Shown here: positions 43,819-55,200 of the stretch, piece by piece
How positions within the stretch are numbered: position 1 is the stretch's first letter
Layout: each line of letters begins with the position of its first letter
From: Octopus vulgaris
Lineage: Eukaryota
DNA length: 64,000 nucleotides
NCBI GenBank assembly: GCA_951406725.2
Contig: OX597827.1
Span: 7,378,001 to 7,442,000, forward strand
Reading direction: 5' to 3'
Notes under the pieces: generated by a model
Told to the model about the DNA's origin: nothing
The model's input: the letters and a program-made list of their open reading frames with translations, nothing else
Database searches by the model: none
Made by a program: the position numbers and the translations under genes

Positions 43819-44206
43819 GTGGAGGCGCAATGGCCCAGTGGTTAGGGCAGTGAACTCGCGGTCATAGGATCACGGTTTCGATTCCCAGACCAGGCGTTGT
43901 GAGTGTTTATTGAGCGAAATCATCTAAAGCTCCACGAGGCTCCGGCAGGGGGTGGTGGTGATCCCTGCTGTACTCTTTCACCACAACTTTCTCTCACTCT
44001 TACTTCCTGTTTCTGTTGTACCTGTATTTCAAGGGGCCGGCCTTGTCACTCTCTGTGTCACGCTGAATATCCCCGAGAACTACGTTAAGGGTATACGTGT
44101 CTGTAGAGTGCTCAGCCACTTACACTTTAATTTCACAAGCAGGCTGTTCCATTGATTCGGATCAACCGGAACCCTTGTCGTCGTAACCGACGGAGTGCTT
44201 CCATCC
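43819..44206 (+). mobile_element. tRNA SINE, body B plus tail X, ~11-bp TSD
   Basis: TGGCCCAGTGG and TTCGATTCC boxes; 3' half nearly identical to 10028-10208; TSD ACAAG(T/C)AATCC at 43808 and 44207. Confidence 0.9.
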
Positions 44207-44463
44207 ACAAGCAATCCAAAGATTTCTCACATGTGTTTACAGATAATACAAGGATGTTTTACACAGGCCAAACAGTTGATCAAATGATTTCTCATATGAA
44301 TCAAGATAAACCAAGGATTTTTAACACGGTCCTGTTGGTAATCGAAGGATTTCTAAAATGGAACAACAGAAGTTGGAGTTATTTGAAGTCAGGATTGAAA
44401 ATAATCATTGTATGCACGACGCTTAGGGATTTGCTCCATTGCATGCTGACCATATGAGAAGAG

Positions 44464-44859
44464 ACTCTTTACTCTTTTACTCTTTTACTTGTTTCAGTCA
44501 TCCGACTGCGGCCATGCTGGAGCACCACCTTTAGTCGAGCAAATCGACCCCGGAACTTATTCTTTGTAAGCCCAGTACTTATTCTAAACTGAAAGAAGCC
44601 TGTCGTATATATGTATATATATATATATATGTATGTGTGTGTATATGTTTGTGTGTCTGTGTTTGTCCCCCTAGCATTGCTTGACAACCGATGCTGGTGT
44701 GTTTACGTACCCGTCACTTAGCGGTTCGGCAAAAGAGACCGATAGAATAAGTACTGGGCTTACAAAAAGAATAAGTCCCGGGGTCGATTTGCTCGACTAA
44801 AGGCAGTGCTGCAGCATGGCCGCAGTCAAATGACTGAAACAAGTAAAAGAGTAAAAGAG
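44464..44859. mobile_element. Rearranged family-1 SINE with two outward-facing 3' ends and no head
   Basis: 44464-44586 is approximately the reverse complement of 44743-44859. Confidence 0.9.
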
Positions 44860-45289
44860 TTTGGCTGGACTTTTATTCTAACAAAAACCTATGATGAGGC
44901 CAGCAAGAATATCGAAAAAGGCAGAAATTATCTAAAAACTGGATGCTAAGATAGGTGATAATGAATACTATGGATTGAATAGCTTATTAAATATTTATTG
45001 TAAAATCTATCATAATCACTGACAAACGTTGGCATGTTTTTGTAAGCGCTGCCACTTCTTCCATTTTTGCTATTTTTTTTTATAAATAACATCTTGTTTT
45101 TTTTTCTTCTTTGATTCCAATTCAATCCCATCTATTTAAGGACTGTACAGTTCTTCACTTCTCTCCCAAGTCTTATTTACACTCCGTGTGTTTTTGGTTT
45201 ACAAACAATGTTGGAAAATATTGCTTCTTACATGGCAGTTAACCTCTTTCCCAAAGCCTTCTTATGAAAAAAAATCAAGAAATCAGGAC

Positions 45290-45364
45290 TATGATGATGA
45301 TGATCGTTGTGGTGGTGGTGGTGGTGGTGGTTGTGGTGGCAAAGCAGAAACAATGATGATGATG

Positions 45365-45396
<32 letters not shown>

Positions 45397-45509
45397 CATG
45401 ATGATCATGGTGGTTGTGGTGGTGGTGGTGGTGGTGGTGGTGATGATGATGATGATGATGATCATCATGATGATCATGGTGGTTGTGGTGGTGGTGGTGG
45501 TGGTGGTGG

Positions 45510-45555
<46 letters not shown>

Positions 45556-45605
45556 TGTGGTGGTGGTAGTGGTGGTGGCGGTGATGATAACAATGAAAAT
45601 CATGT

Positions 45606-45663
<58 letters not shown>

Positions 45664-45712
45664 TGTGGTGTTGGTGTTGTTGGTGGTGGTGGTGATGATA
45701 ACAATGAAAATC

Positions 45713-45745
<33 letters not shown>

Positions 45746-45746
45746 T

Positions 45747-45829
<83 letters not shown>

Positions 45830-46035
45830 GTGGTTGTGGTGTTGGTGTTGGTGGTGGTGGTGATGATACCGATGAAAATCATGTTGATGATGATGATGAT
45901 GATGATGATGTTGATCAGGATGATGCTCATGATGACGATGAACGATGATCATCATCACCATCCCCCCACCGCCCATCACCACCACCACCACCATCACTGT
46001 CTCTGCTACCTCCACCACCACCGCCACCACCACTA
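45290..46035. repeat. Compound (GAT)n/(GGT)n repeat with recurring GATAACAATGAAAATCATG spacer
   Basis: Directly visible. Confidence 0.95.
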
Positions 46036-46195
46036 TTGTTATCAGGCTTTTAATGTCCATTTCTTCACAGCAGCAGCATAGGTAGGATGCATATGTCATA
46101 TGGACTATCACTACACATCACATGAATAATGGTCAGATTCTAGTTGAAGTTTGCCCCAGGTCAGTCTGAAGTGAGCAGATCTATGATCAAAGACA

Positions 46196-46350
46196 TTCCA
46201 TCCATAACCATCTCATCTTTTCTCTCTTTCTTTCTTTCTTAGCACAATATACCCTGGTATATATTACCTACCACACCAAACTTAATTTTTTTCTTTTCTT
46301 TTCTGAATGATGGTACAATATGATTCCATCCATAACCATCTCTCATCTTT

Positions 46351-46385
<35 letters not shown>

Positions 46386-46497
46386 CTGCACAATCTACCC
46401 TGGTATATATTACCCACCACACCAAACTTAATTTTTTTTCTTTTCTTTTCTGAATGATGGTACAATATGATTCCATCCATAACCATCTCTCATCTTT

Positions 46498-46536
<39 letters not shown>

Positions 46537-46625
46537 CTGCACAATCTACCCTGGTATATATTACCCACCACACCAAACTTAATTTTTTTCTTATTCTTTT
46601 CTTTTCTGAAAGATGGTACATTATG
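46196..46625. repeat. Local triplication, 128-147 bp unit containing (CTTT)n
   Basis: TTCCATCCATAACCATCTC starts at 46196, 46324 and 46471. Confidence 0.9.
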
Positions 46626-47424
46626 ATTTGAAAGTGATTTTTGCTGTTATTTCTAACAAGTTATATGGCTCCATAGAAGAGCTCTCACTAACTCATATTG
46701 TTGCTGTTGTTGTAATATGTGTAGGAATCAATTTTAGGGAATTTGCTGTTTTTAGATAGTGAGATATTGTACTTCCATTGTAGTGTATAATGTTTATGGT
46801 GATTCAGTGTGTGCATTCAGGTGAGTATCTGCTATTCTGTGATGCCTGAGTGTGTATCAGGGAATTTTGTACTGAGAAGCTTCTGTACATCCACTGTTCA
46901 TATTTTGTGCAAAGTCATCACCTTTGAATATTTTCCCCACTTAGTATTGATCTGCATAATATTGATCTGTTTCAACTTCATTATCGTTCAATCAGCATTT
47001 AAGTAGCTACCTTTTCTAGTTTATTGTTTTTGGAATTATATTATTCTTTATCCCTATTTAACATAGAATAATATAGTCTCTGATAAATTTGGATGGAATT
47101 TTTAACAGGACAAGTAACCAACTCAAAGAATTTTCTCCATTCATTGTAGAATTGTTTAATTTCTAACAAAAATATCACCTGTTCTTTAATTTAGCACCTA
47201 TGATTTTTGGTACAGCCACTCACAGTTAGGACCATTTTAGCAGCATTATAGGTCCTTAGACAAATCAATGCTCTGAGGTCTATAGTATTTATTTAATGAC
47301 TGTAAACCACATTATATACAAATCCTAATTGGGCCCTAAAATCTGTAAGGCACCCTAAAAACTGTCAGGTGTGACCATACCTTAATATGGCATTGCACAC
47401 TGCACTAATTAAATCATTAATATT

Positions 47425-47852
47425 ATTCATCTTTTATCTTTTATTTGTTTTGGTCATTTGACTCTGGCCATGCTGGGGCATTGCCTTGAAGGGTTTTAGT
47501 CAAATAAATTGATTCCAGAATTTACTTTTTATGCCTAATACTTATTTCATCAGTCTCTTTTTACCAAATTGCTAGGTTATAGGGACGTAAACACACCAAT
47601 TAGGGTTGTTAGTGGTGGTGGGTGACAAACACAGACACATAGATATATGTAGATCAATGTGTCCCATAGATATATAGACACAAATATGTGCAATGGACTT
47701 TTTTCAGTTCTTGCCTACCAAATTCACTCACAAGGTTTTAGTGAATCTGAGGCTATAGTAGACAGCACTTGCCTAAGATGCCACATAGTGGGACTGAACC
47801 TGGAACCATGAAGTTGTGAAGCAAGCATCTTACCACATAGCCATGCCTGCAC
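47425..47852 (-). mobile_element. Family-1 SINE, old copy
   Basis: Diverged but colinear with the young copies. Confidence 0.8.
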
Positions 47853-48062
47853 CAATATTGTTAATGGATTTCATTCTATGGATGCCACTGCTACTGGCTT
47901 ACTCCTGTACAGCTACAGGATATTCATAAAGTCATGATGCTATTTTAAATGCATGTATCTTCGTAACTGTACATGGTAGAATTAATTTGTAAACAGGATA
48001 GGAAAGAAGAATAACCTGATTTTTTTTATTCATCTTGTTAGTTTTCACCATGTCCACCATCA

Positions 48063-48586
48063 TCTCTCTATATATAAACGGCAGTTTGTCTGTCTGTGTG
48101 TCTGTGTGTCTGTCAGGTTGTACCCTCACCCTGACCACGGCTTTCAACCGATTCTGATGAAACTTGACACACACATAGCCCAATGTCATACTTCAAAACT
48201 AACGCAGAGAAAATTTTAAAAAGTTCCCCCAGTTCTGAAAAAAATCGATAAATTCGACATGGGGGTCAAGAATCTAAGCTTTTTATTTGCAACACATTTT
48301 CTGTTGTAGTTTTCGCAACTTGCAATCGATTTTCACCAAACTCATGGTGAAGCTTAATGTTACCCTAAGAAACTTAATTCTGTCATTAGTTTTCCATGCA
48401 ATACCTTACCATCAGAAAAAATCGATAAAATCCTGCCATTTTGGGAAATCGCGTTCAAATTCAAGATGACATATTTTCGACAATATCTTTCTCAAATTGG
48501 CAGGAATTTTTTCAAAATTCACAGCGAGCATCATGTCTGCTCCTGGGGCTCTTACATACCCGGGCAATGCCGGGCTATGCTGCTAG
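48063..48586 (+). mobile_element. Non-autonomous Helitron
   Basis: A|TCTCTCTATATATAAACGGCAG 5' end; subterminal CCCGGGCAATGCCGGG hairpin; CTAG|T 3' end; no TSD. Confidence 0.85.
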
Positions 48587-48589
48587 TTA

Positions 48590-48960
48590 CTAATACAAAG
48601 AGAGAAACACGATTCCATAGTTCTACAGAAAATATTTTCCAGCTGATTTTCACTAACATTTGCAATTACATTCTTGCTTTCAAATCTTCTAAAGATCGAG
48701 GCTTAGTGGAATAAACAATACTTTTCACATGTACCCATAAAAAGAAATCTAATGGAGTCAAATCTGGTGAATGTGGAGGCCATAATAATGGTCCACCTCT
48801 TCCAATCCATCAGCTAGGAAATTTCTCATTTCAAAACTGCCTAACTTGCAGAGCAAAGTAACAAAGTGCACCACCTTGTTGCAAAACTGTATTCTCTGTT
48901 AGGTCTAATTGTTCATGCTTAGGAATGAAATAATTTTGTAGCATTGCACCATGACTTTAT
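48590..48960 (-). pseudogene. Tc1/mariner transposase relic
   Basis: Minus strand WIGRGGPLLWPPHSPDLTPLDFFLWVHVKSIVYSTKPRSLEDLK (canonical WPPRSPDLTPLDFFLWG). Confidence 0.85.
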
Positions 48961-49258
48961 GGATGCCCTGTATTACGTTTTAAAGTCTTGATATCCTATC
49001 AGTTTATATGATATTTCACCACATCTTTCATTTCTGACCATATACGCTGAGTACACAATGAACAGTAGGACAGTACCTATCCGTGTAACAAGTAAAACCA
49101 ATACTCAGATAGCACTGGAGATTAACAATAAAATTGTTAGTATTTAAAGTGTCGGTGCAGGTATGGCTGTGTGTTAAGACCACATGGTTCTGAGTTCAGT
49201 TCCTCATCATGGCAAGTGTTTTCTACTATAGATAGAATCTGAAAGATACCTGCTGTAG

Positions 49259-49294
<36 letters not shown>

Positions 49295-49297
49295 GTG

Positions 49298-49608
49298 CAG
49301 GTGCAATGGCCCAGTGGTTAGGGCAGCAGACTCGTGGTCGTAGGATCGCAGTTTCGATTCCCAGACCTGGCGTTGTGAGTGTTTATTGAGCAAAAACACC
49401 TAAAAGCTCCACAAGGCTCCAGCAGGGGGTGGTGGCGATCCCTGCTGTGCTCTTTCGCCACAACTTTCTCTCACTCTTTCTTCTGTTGGCCTGCTTGCTT
49501 AGCCAGCGGGGTGGCGTCATTTGAAGGTTAAAACAATGTGAAGCGCATTGTGACCAGCGATATGTGTAACAACATCTGATAGCCTGGTCGGTCACAGTGA
49601 TCACGGGG
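49298..49608 (+). mobile_element. tRNA SINE, body B plus tail Z, nested in an older family-1 SINE
   Basis: Same 5' ~190 bp as 43820; TSD ATATATATACATGTG at 49283-49297 and 49609-49623. The host SINE spans ~49153-49840. Confidence 0.9.
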
Positions 49609-50216
49609 ATATATATACATGTGTGCGTCTTTGTCCCCCCCACAACCACTTGAGAACTATTGTTGATGTGTTTAGATCCCTGTAACTTAGCATTTCTGTA
49701 AAAGAGTTTGATAGAATAAGTATGAAGCATAAAAAAAGTAAGTCCTGTGGTTGATTTGTTCAACTAAAATTCTTCAAGTTGGTGCACCAACATAGCTGAA
49801 GTCAACTAACTGGAAGAAGTAAAGGACAAAGATATAAAGTTTTTGCTTTTTTTTTTTTATTTTCATACACTATTATAGATGAAGAGCACATAGAAAAAAA
49901 AATTTTCCTCCCTGACAAAATTAGAAAATTCTTCCTTCTGTAGTGTACAAAAAAGCGACTTAATATTTTATCAATAAAACAATGAAAATAACAATATACT
50001 GTTATGAGATTTCATGGACTCTGATTTTTTTAAATGTTACGGGTAAAAGCAAACTGTGTATATATCACATGTGACAATAAAACAGCTTGATCAAAATGTT
50101 TATATAATGCAAATTGTAAAGCTACTAGGTCAAAATGTGACATTTACAAAGTGTGTATACATCACATTTTGCAATAAAACCACTAGGTCAAAGAACATGA
50201 CATTTACATATTGCAC

Positions 50217-50315
<99 letters not shown>

Positions 50316-50457
50316 CATATATATACATATTATATGTATATAATACAATTTTACTGAACCTTCAGTTTTTTTTATATGCTAGACCACTGGTGTGAAATCG
50401 TTGTTAATTAAATTAAAATCTAATTTCTCACCCTAATTTTAAATTTATATATATACA

Positions 50458-50488
<31 letters not shown>

Positions 50489-50667
50489 CATATATTGTAA
50501 TAAAGCTACTAGGTAAAAAAATGTTATATTGAAAAACTGTGTGTATATATAAGTGTGTATATCATACATCACAATAAAATGGTGTAACATTTATAAACTG
50601 TGTACATACACATATCACACGAAAAGGGTGCAACATTTCCTTACTGTTTATTGCTTGAAATAGTGAT

Positions 50668-50960
50668 GACACATGGCCTAGTGGTTAGGATGTTGTACTC
50701 AAAATCATGAGATTGTGGTTTCAATTCCTAAACTGGGTGGTGCACTGTGTTCTTGAGCAGAACATTTCATGTCACATTGCTCTGCGATCACTTTGACATC
50801 TGACATGTGGTACACTGAACCTGTTCAGGTAAAAGCAATTTGATGGAGGGAGGGAGGGACGGAGCTAATGTACAGTTCATAGATTTGATCACTATAAACA
50901 AATCATTTGTGCAAGTCGTTTGACAAAAGCTGAACTCTCATACATCTTCGACAGAAGAAT
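50668..50960 (+). mobile_element. CORE-type tRNA SINE (tail W)
   Basis: TGGCCTAGTGG A box, GTTTCAATTCC B-box-like, TGTGTTCTTGAGCAGAACATTTC core. Confidence 0.8.
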
Positions 50961-51214
50961 CCGTCATTGTGTGAAATATCTAAATATCTAATATGTGTTG
51001 TGAACATTAGAACTAATTTTCCAGTCTATTTCACATCGTCTTTTTACACTATATTCTGACTGGTTCAATGTTTGAGTAACTTCAGGAATGATATTTCTGT
51101 ACATTTGTGCACATGGTCCAAGAGTGATTATACCAACTATAAGAACATAACTAACCTTAGTCATAAAACCAAAACCATTTTTTCAAATCTACTATGGAAC
51201 TATGCAGATAACCC

Positions 51215-51545
51215 ACCCATCTAACACCCGTGGACATATTTACAAAGTCAGCACAGCTCGCATGACTTCAGGAAACATTTTTTCAGGCTAAGAGTTGCTG
51301 AAGCATGGAACAAACTGCCAGCATCAGTTGTTAGTTGTCGGAGCACTGCATCCTTCAAAACTTCCATGCTTCCTGAGATTCACCATCACTACACCTGATT
51401 TTCTCCCCTCCATACACACACAAGCATGTATCTGACTCATACATTGTTCGCTTTCCAGACATTTCTACATTACTGCATGTACTTTATATGCACTTTCTGA
51501 CAAGTTGTGGTGCACCTGAGCACTGTATGCAATAATTTCATTATA
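51215..51545 (+). mobile_element. CR1-clade LINE 3' end
   Basis: SNTRGHIYKV...FFRLRVAEAWNKLP; near-identical to 34570-34850. Confidence 0.85.
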
Positions 51546-52074
51546 AAAAATAGGACAGCTGATGGTGATTAAATATAATCGTTTAGTGAAACTGGGTGTC
51601 ATCCTCAACATCCTCATCATTGTTATCATCATTGACATTGATGCCGCACTCATCATTAGCATTGTTGTCATCATCATCGTTGTCATTGTTGCCATCATCA
51701 TCATCATCGTCTTCATCATCATTGTTGTCATCATTTAATGTCTACTTTTCTATGCTTTCAGGGCTCAGAAGGATTCAGCTGAGAGAAATTTTCTATGAAT
51801 GGATACCCTTTTTCTCACAGATTTTCTATGGATGGATACCTCTTTTTGTTACAGGATCACTCATTTACACCTGAGTGAACAGGAGTGACATGGAATGAAG
51901 TGTTTTGTTCAAAAATACATTGTGCTGCTTGCTCTGGGAATTGAACCCATGATGTAGCAATGTTCTTTCCAAGCAACATAATGTTTCTCCATGGCCAGAC
52001 AACATCATTGTATGATGGTGATGCTCATTTACAACCATCACATAATGTTAACACTAAAGTATACAAGGATACAC

Positions 52075-52075
52075 A

Positions 52076-52112
<37 letters not shown>

Positions 52113-52270
52113 TGGGTTTCTTTCAGTTTCCATCTATGAAATCCACCCACAAGTCTTTGGTTGACCTGGGGCTGTCACAGAAGACACTTAACCTTAGGAG
52201 ACATTCTGTGGGATTGAACCTGAAGCCATGAGGCTGGGAAGCAAACTTCATACCACACAGCTGTGCATAC
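52075..52270 (-). mobile_element. Diverged family-1 SINE (parent of the satellite)
   Basis: TTTCTTTCAGTTTCCATCTATGAAATCCACCCACAAG...AGAAGACACTT...GTGGGATTGAACC...ACCACACAGC aligns with young family-1 copies such as 36660-36817. Confidence 0.85.
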
Positions 52271-55200
52271 AACAATATTTGAGCAGTAAAGGAAAACAAA
52301 ATAAAAAAACAAAAAAAAATTTTAGGAGACATTCTGTGGGATTGAACCTGAAGCCATGAGGCTGGGAAGCAAACTTCATACCACACAGCTGTGCATACAA
52401 CAATATTTGAGCAGTAAAGGAAAAAAAAAAAAAAAAAAAAATTTTAGGAGACATTCTGTGGGATTGAGCCTGAAGCCATGGGGCTGGGAAGCAAACTTCA
52501 TACCACACAGCTGTGTATACAACAATATTTGAGCAGTAAAGGAAAACAAAAAAAAAACAAAAAAAAATTTTAGGAGACATTCTGTGGGATTGAGCCTGAA
52601 GCCATGGGGCTGGGAAGCAAACTTCATACCACACAGCTGTGCATACAATAATATTTGAGCAGTAAAGGAAAACAAAAAAAAAACAAAAAAAATTTAGGAG
52701 ACATTCTGTGGGATTGAGCCTGAAGCCATGGGGCTGGGAAGCAAACTTCATACCACACAGCTGTGTATACAACAATATTTGAGCAGTAAAGGAAAACAAA
52801 AAAAAAACAAAAAAAAATTTAGGAGACATTCTGTGGGATTGAGCCTGAAGCCATGGGGCTGGGAAGCAAACTTCATACCACACAGCTGTGCATACAACAA
52901 TATTTGAGCAGTAAAGGAAAACAAAAAAAAAAAACAAAAAAAAAATTTAGGAGACATTCTGTGGGATTGAGCCTGAAGCCATGGGGCTGGGAAGCAAACT
53001 TCATACCACACAGCTGTGCATACAACAATATTTGAGCAGTAAAGGAAAACAAAAAAAAAACAAAAAAAAATTTTAGGAGACATTCTGTGGGATTGAGCCT
53101 GAAGCCATGGGGCTGGGAAGCAAACTTCATACCACACAGCTGTGCATACAACAATATTTGAGCAGTAAAGGAAAACAAAAAAAAAAACAAAAAAAAATTT
53201 AGGAGACATTCTGTGGGATTGAGCCTGAAGCCATGGGGCTGGGAAGCAAACTTCATACCACACAGCTGTGCATACAACAATATTTGAGCAGTAAAGGAAA
53301 ACAAAAAAAAAAACAAAAAAAAAATTTAGGAGACATTCTGTGGGATTGAGCCTGAAGCCATGGGGCTGGGAAGCAAACTTCATACCACACAGCTGTGCAT
53401 ACAACAATATTTGAGCAGTAAAGGAAAACAAAAAAAAAACAAAAAAAAATTTTAGGAGACATTCTGTGGGATTGAGCCTGAAGCCATGGGGCTGGGAAGC
53501 AAACTTCATACCACACAGCTGTGCATACAACAATATTTGAGCAGTAAAGGAAAACAAAAAAAAAAACAAAAAAAAAATTTAGGAGACATTCTGTGGGATT
53601 GAGCCTGAAGCCATGGGGCTGGGAAGCAAACTTCATACCACACAGCTGTGCATACAACAATATTTGAGCAGTAAAGGAAAACAAAAAAAAAAAAAAAAAA
53701 ATTTAGGAGACATTCTGTGGGATTGAGCCTGAAGCCATGGGGCTGGGAAGCAAACTTCATACCACACAGCTGTGCATACAACAATATTTGAGCAGTAAAG
53801 GAAAACAAAAAAAAACAAAAAAAAATTTAGGAGACATTCTGTGGGATTGAGCCTGAAGCCATGGGGCTGGGAAGCAAACTTCATACCACACAGCTGTGCA
53901 TACAACAATATTTGAGCAGTAAAGGAAAAAAAAAAAAAAAAAAAAAAAATTTAGGAGACATTCTGTGGGATTGAGCCTGAAGCCATGGGGCTGGGAAGCA
54001 AACTTCATACCACACAGCTGTGCATACAACAATATTTGAGCAGTAAAGGAAAACAAAAAAAAAAAAAAAAAAAAAATTTAGGAGACATTCTGTGGGATTG
54101 AGCCTGAAGCCATGGGGCTGGGAAGCAAACTTCATACCACACAGCTGTGCATACAACAATATTTGAGCAGTAAAGGAAAACAAAAAAAAAACAAAAAAAA
54201 AATTTAGGAGACATTCTGTGGGATTGAGCCTGAAGCCATGGGGCTGGAAGCAAACTTCATACCACACAGCTGTGCATACAAAATATTTGAGCAGTAAAGG
54301 AAAACAAAAAAAAAAAAAAAAAAAATTTAGGAGACATTCTGTGGGATTGAGCCTGAAGCCATGGGGCTGGGAAGCAAACTTCATACCACACAGCTGTGCA
54401 TACAATAATATTTGAGCAGTAAAGGAAAACAAAAAAAAAACAAAAAAAAATTTAGGAGACATTCTGTGGGATTGAGCCTGAAGCCATGGGGCTGGGAAGC
54501 AAACTTCATACCACACAGCTGTGCATACAAAATATTTGAGCAGTAAAGGAAAAAAAAAAAAACAAAAAAAATTTAGAGACATTCTGTGGATTGAGCCTAT
54601 TTGGCTGGGAAGCAACTCACCACACAGCTGATACAAAATATTTGAGCAAAAAAACAAAAAAAAAAAATTTAGGAGACATTCTGTGGGATTGAACCTGAAG
54701 CCATGGGTCTGGGAAGCAAACTTCATACCACACAGCTGTGCATACAACAATATTTGAGCAGTAAAGGAAAACAAAAAAAAAAAAAAAAAAAATTTAGGAG
54801 ACATTCTGTGGGATTGAGCCTGAAGCCATGGGGCTGGGAAGCAAACTTCATACCACACAGCTGTGCATACAATAATATTTGAGCAGTAAAGGAAAACAAA
54901 AAAAAAACAAAAAAAAATTTAGGAGACATTCTGTGGGATTGAGCCTGAAGCCATGGGGCTGGGAAGCAAACTTCATACCACACAGCTGTGCATACAATAA
55001 TATTTGAGCAGGAAAACAAAAAAAAAAAAAAAAATTTAGGAGACATTCTGTGGGATTGAGCCTGAAGCCATGGGGCTGGGAAGCAAACTTCATACCACAC
55101 AGCTGTGCATACAATAATATTTGAGCAGTAAAGGAAAACAAAAAAAAAACAAAAAAAAAATTTAGGAGACATTCTGTGGGATTGAGCCTGAAGCCATGGG

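Noticed and set aside
50040-50640. Degenerate ~60-bp repeats (CTACTAGGTCAAAATGTGACATTTAC-like)
   Set aside because: Too decayed to define a unit or assign a function.
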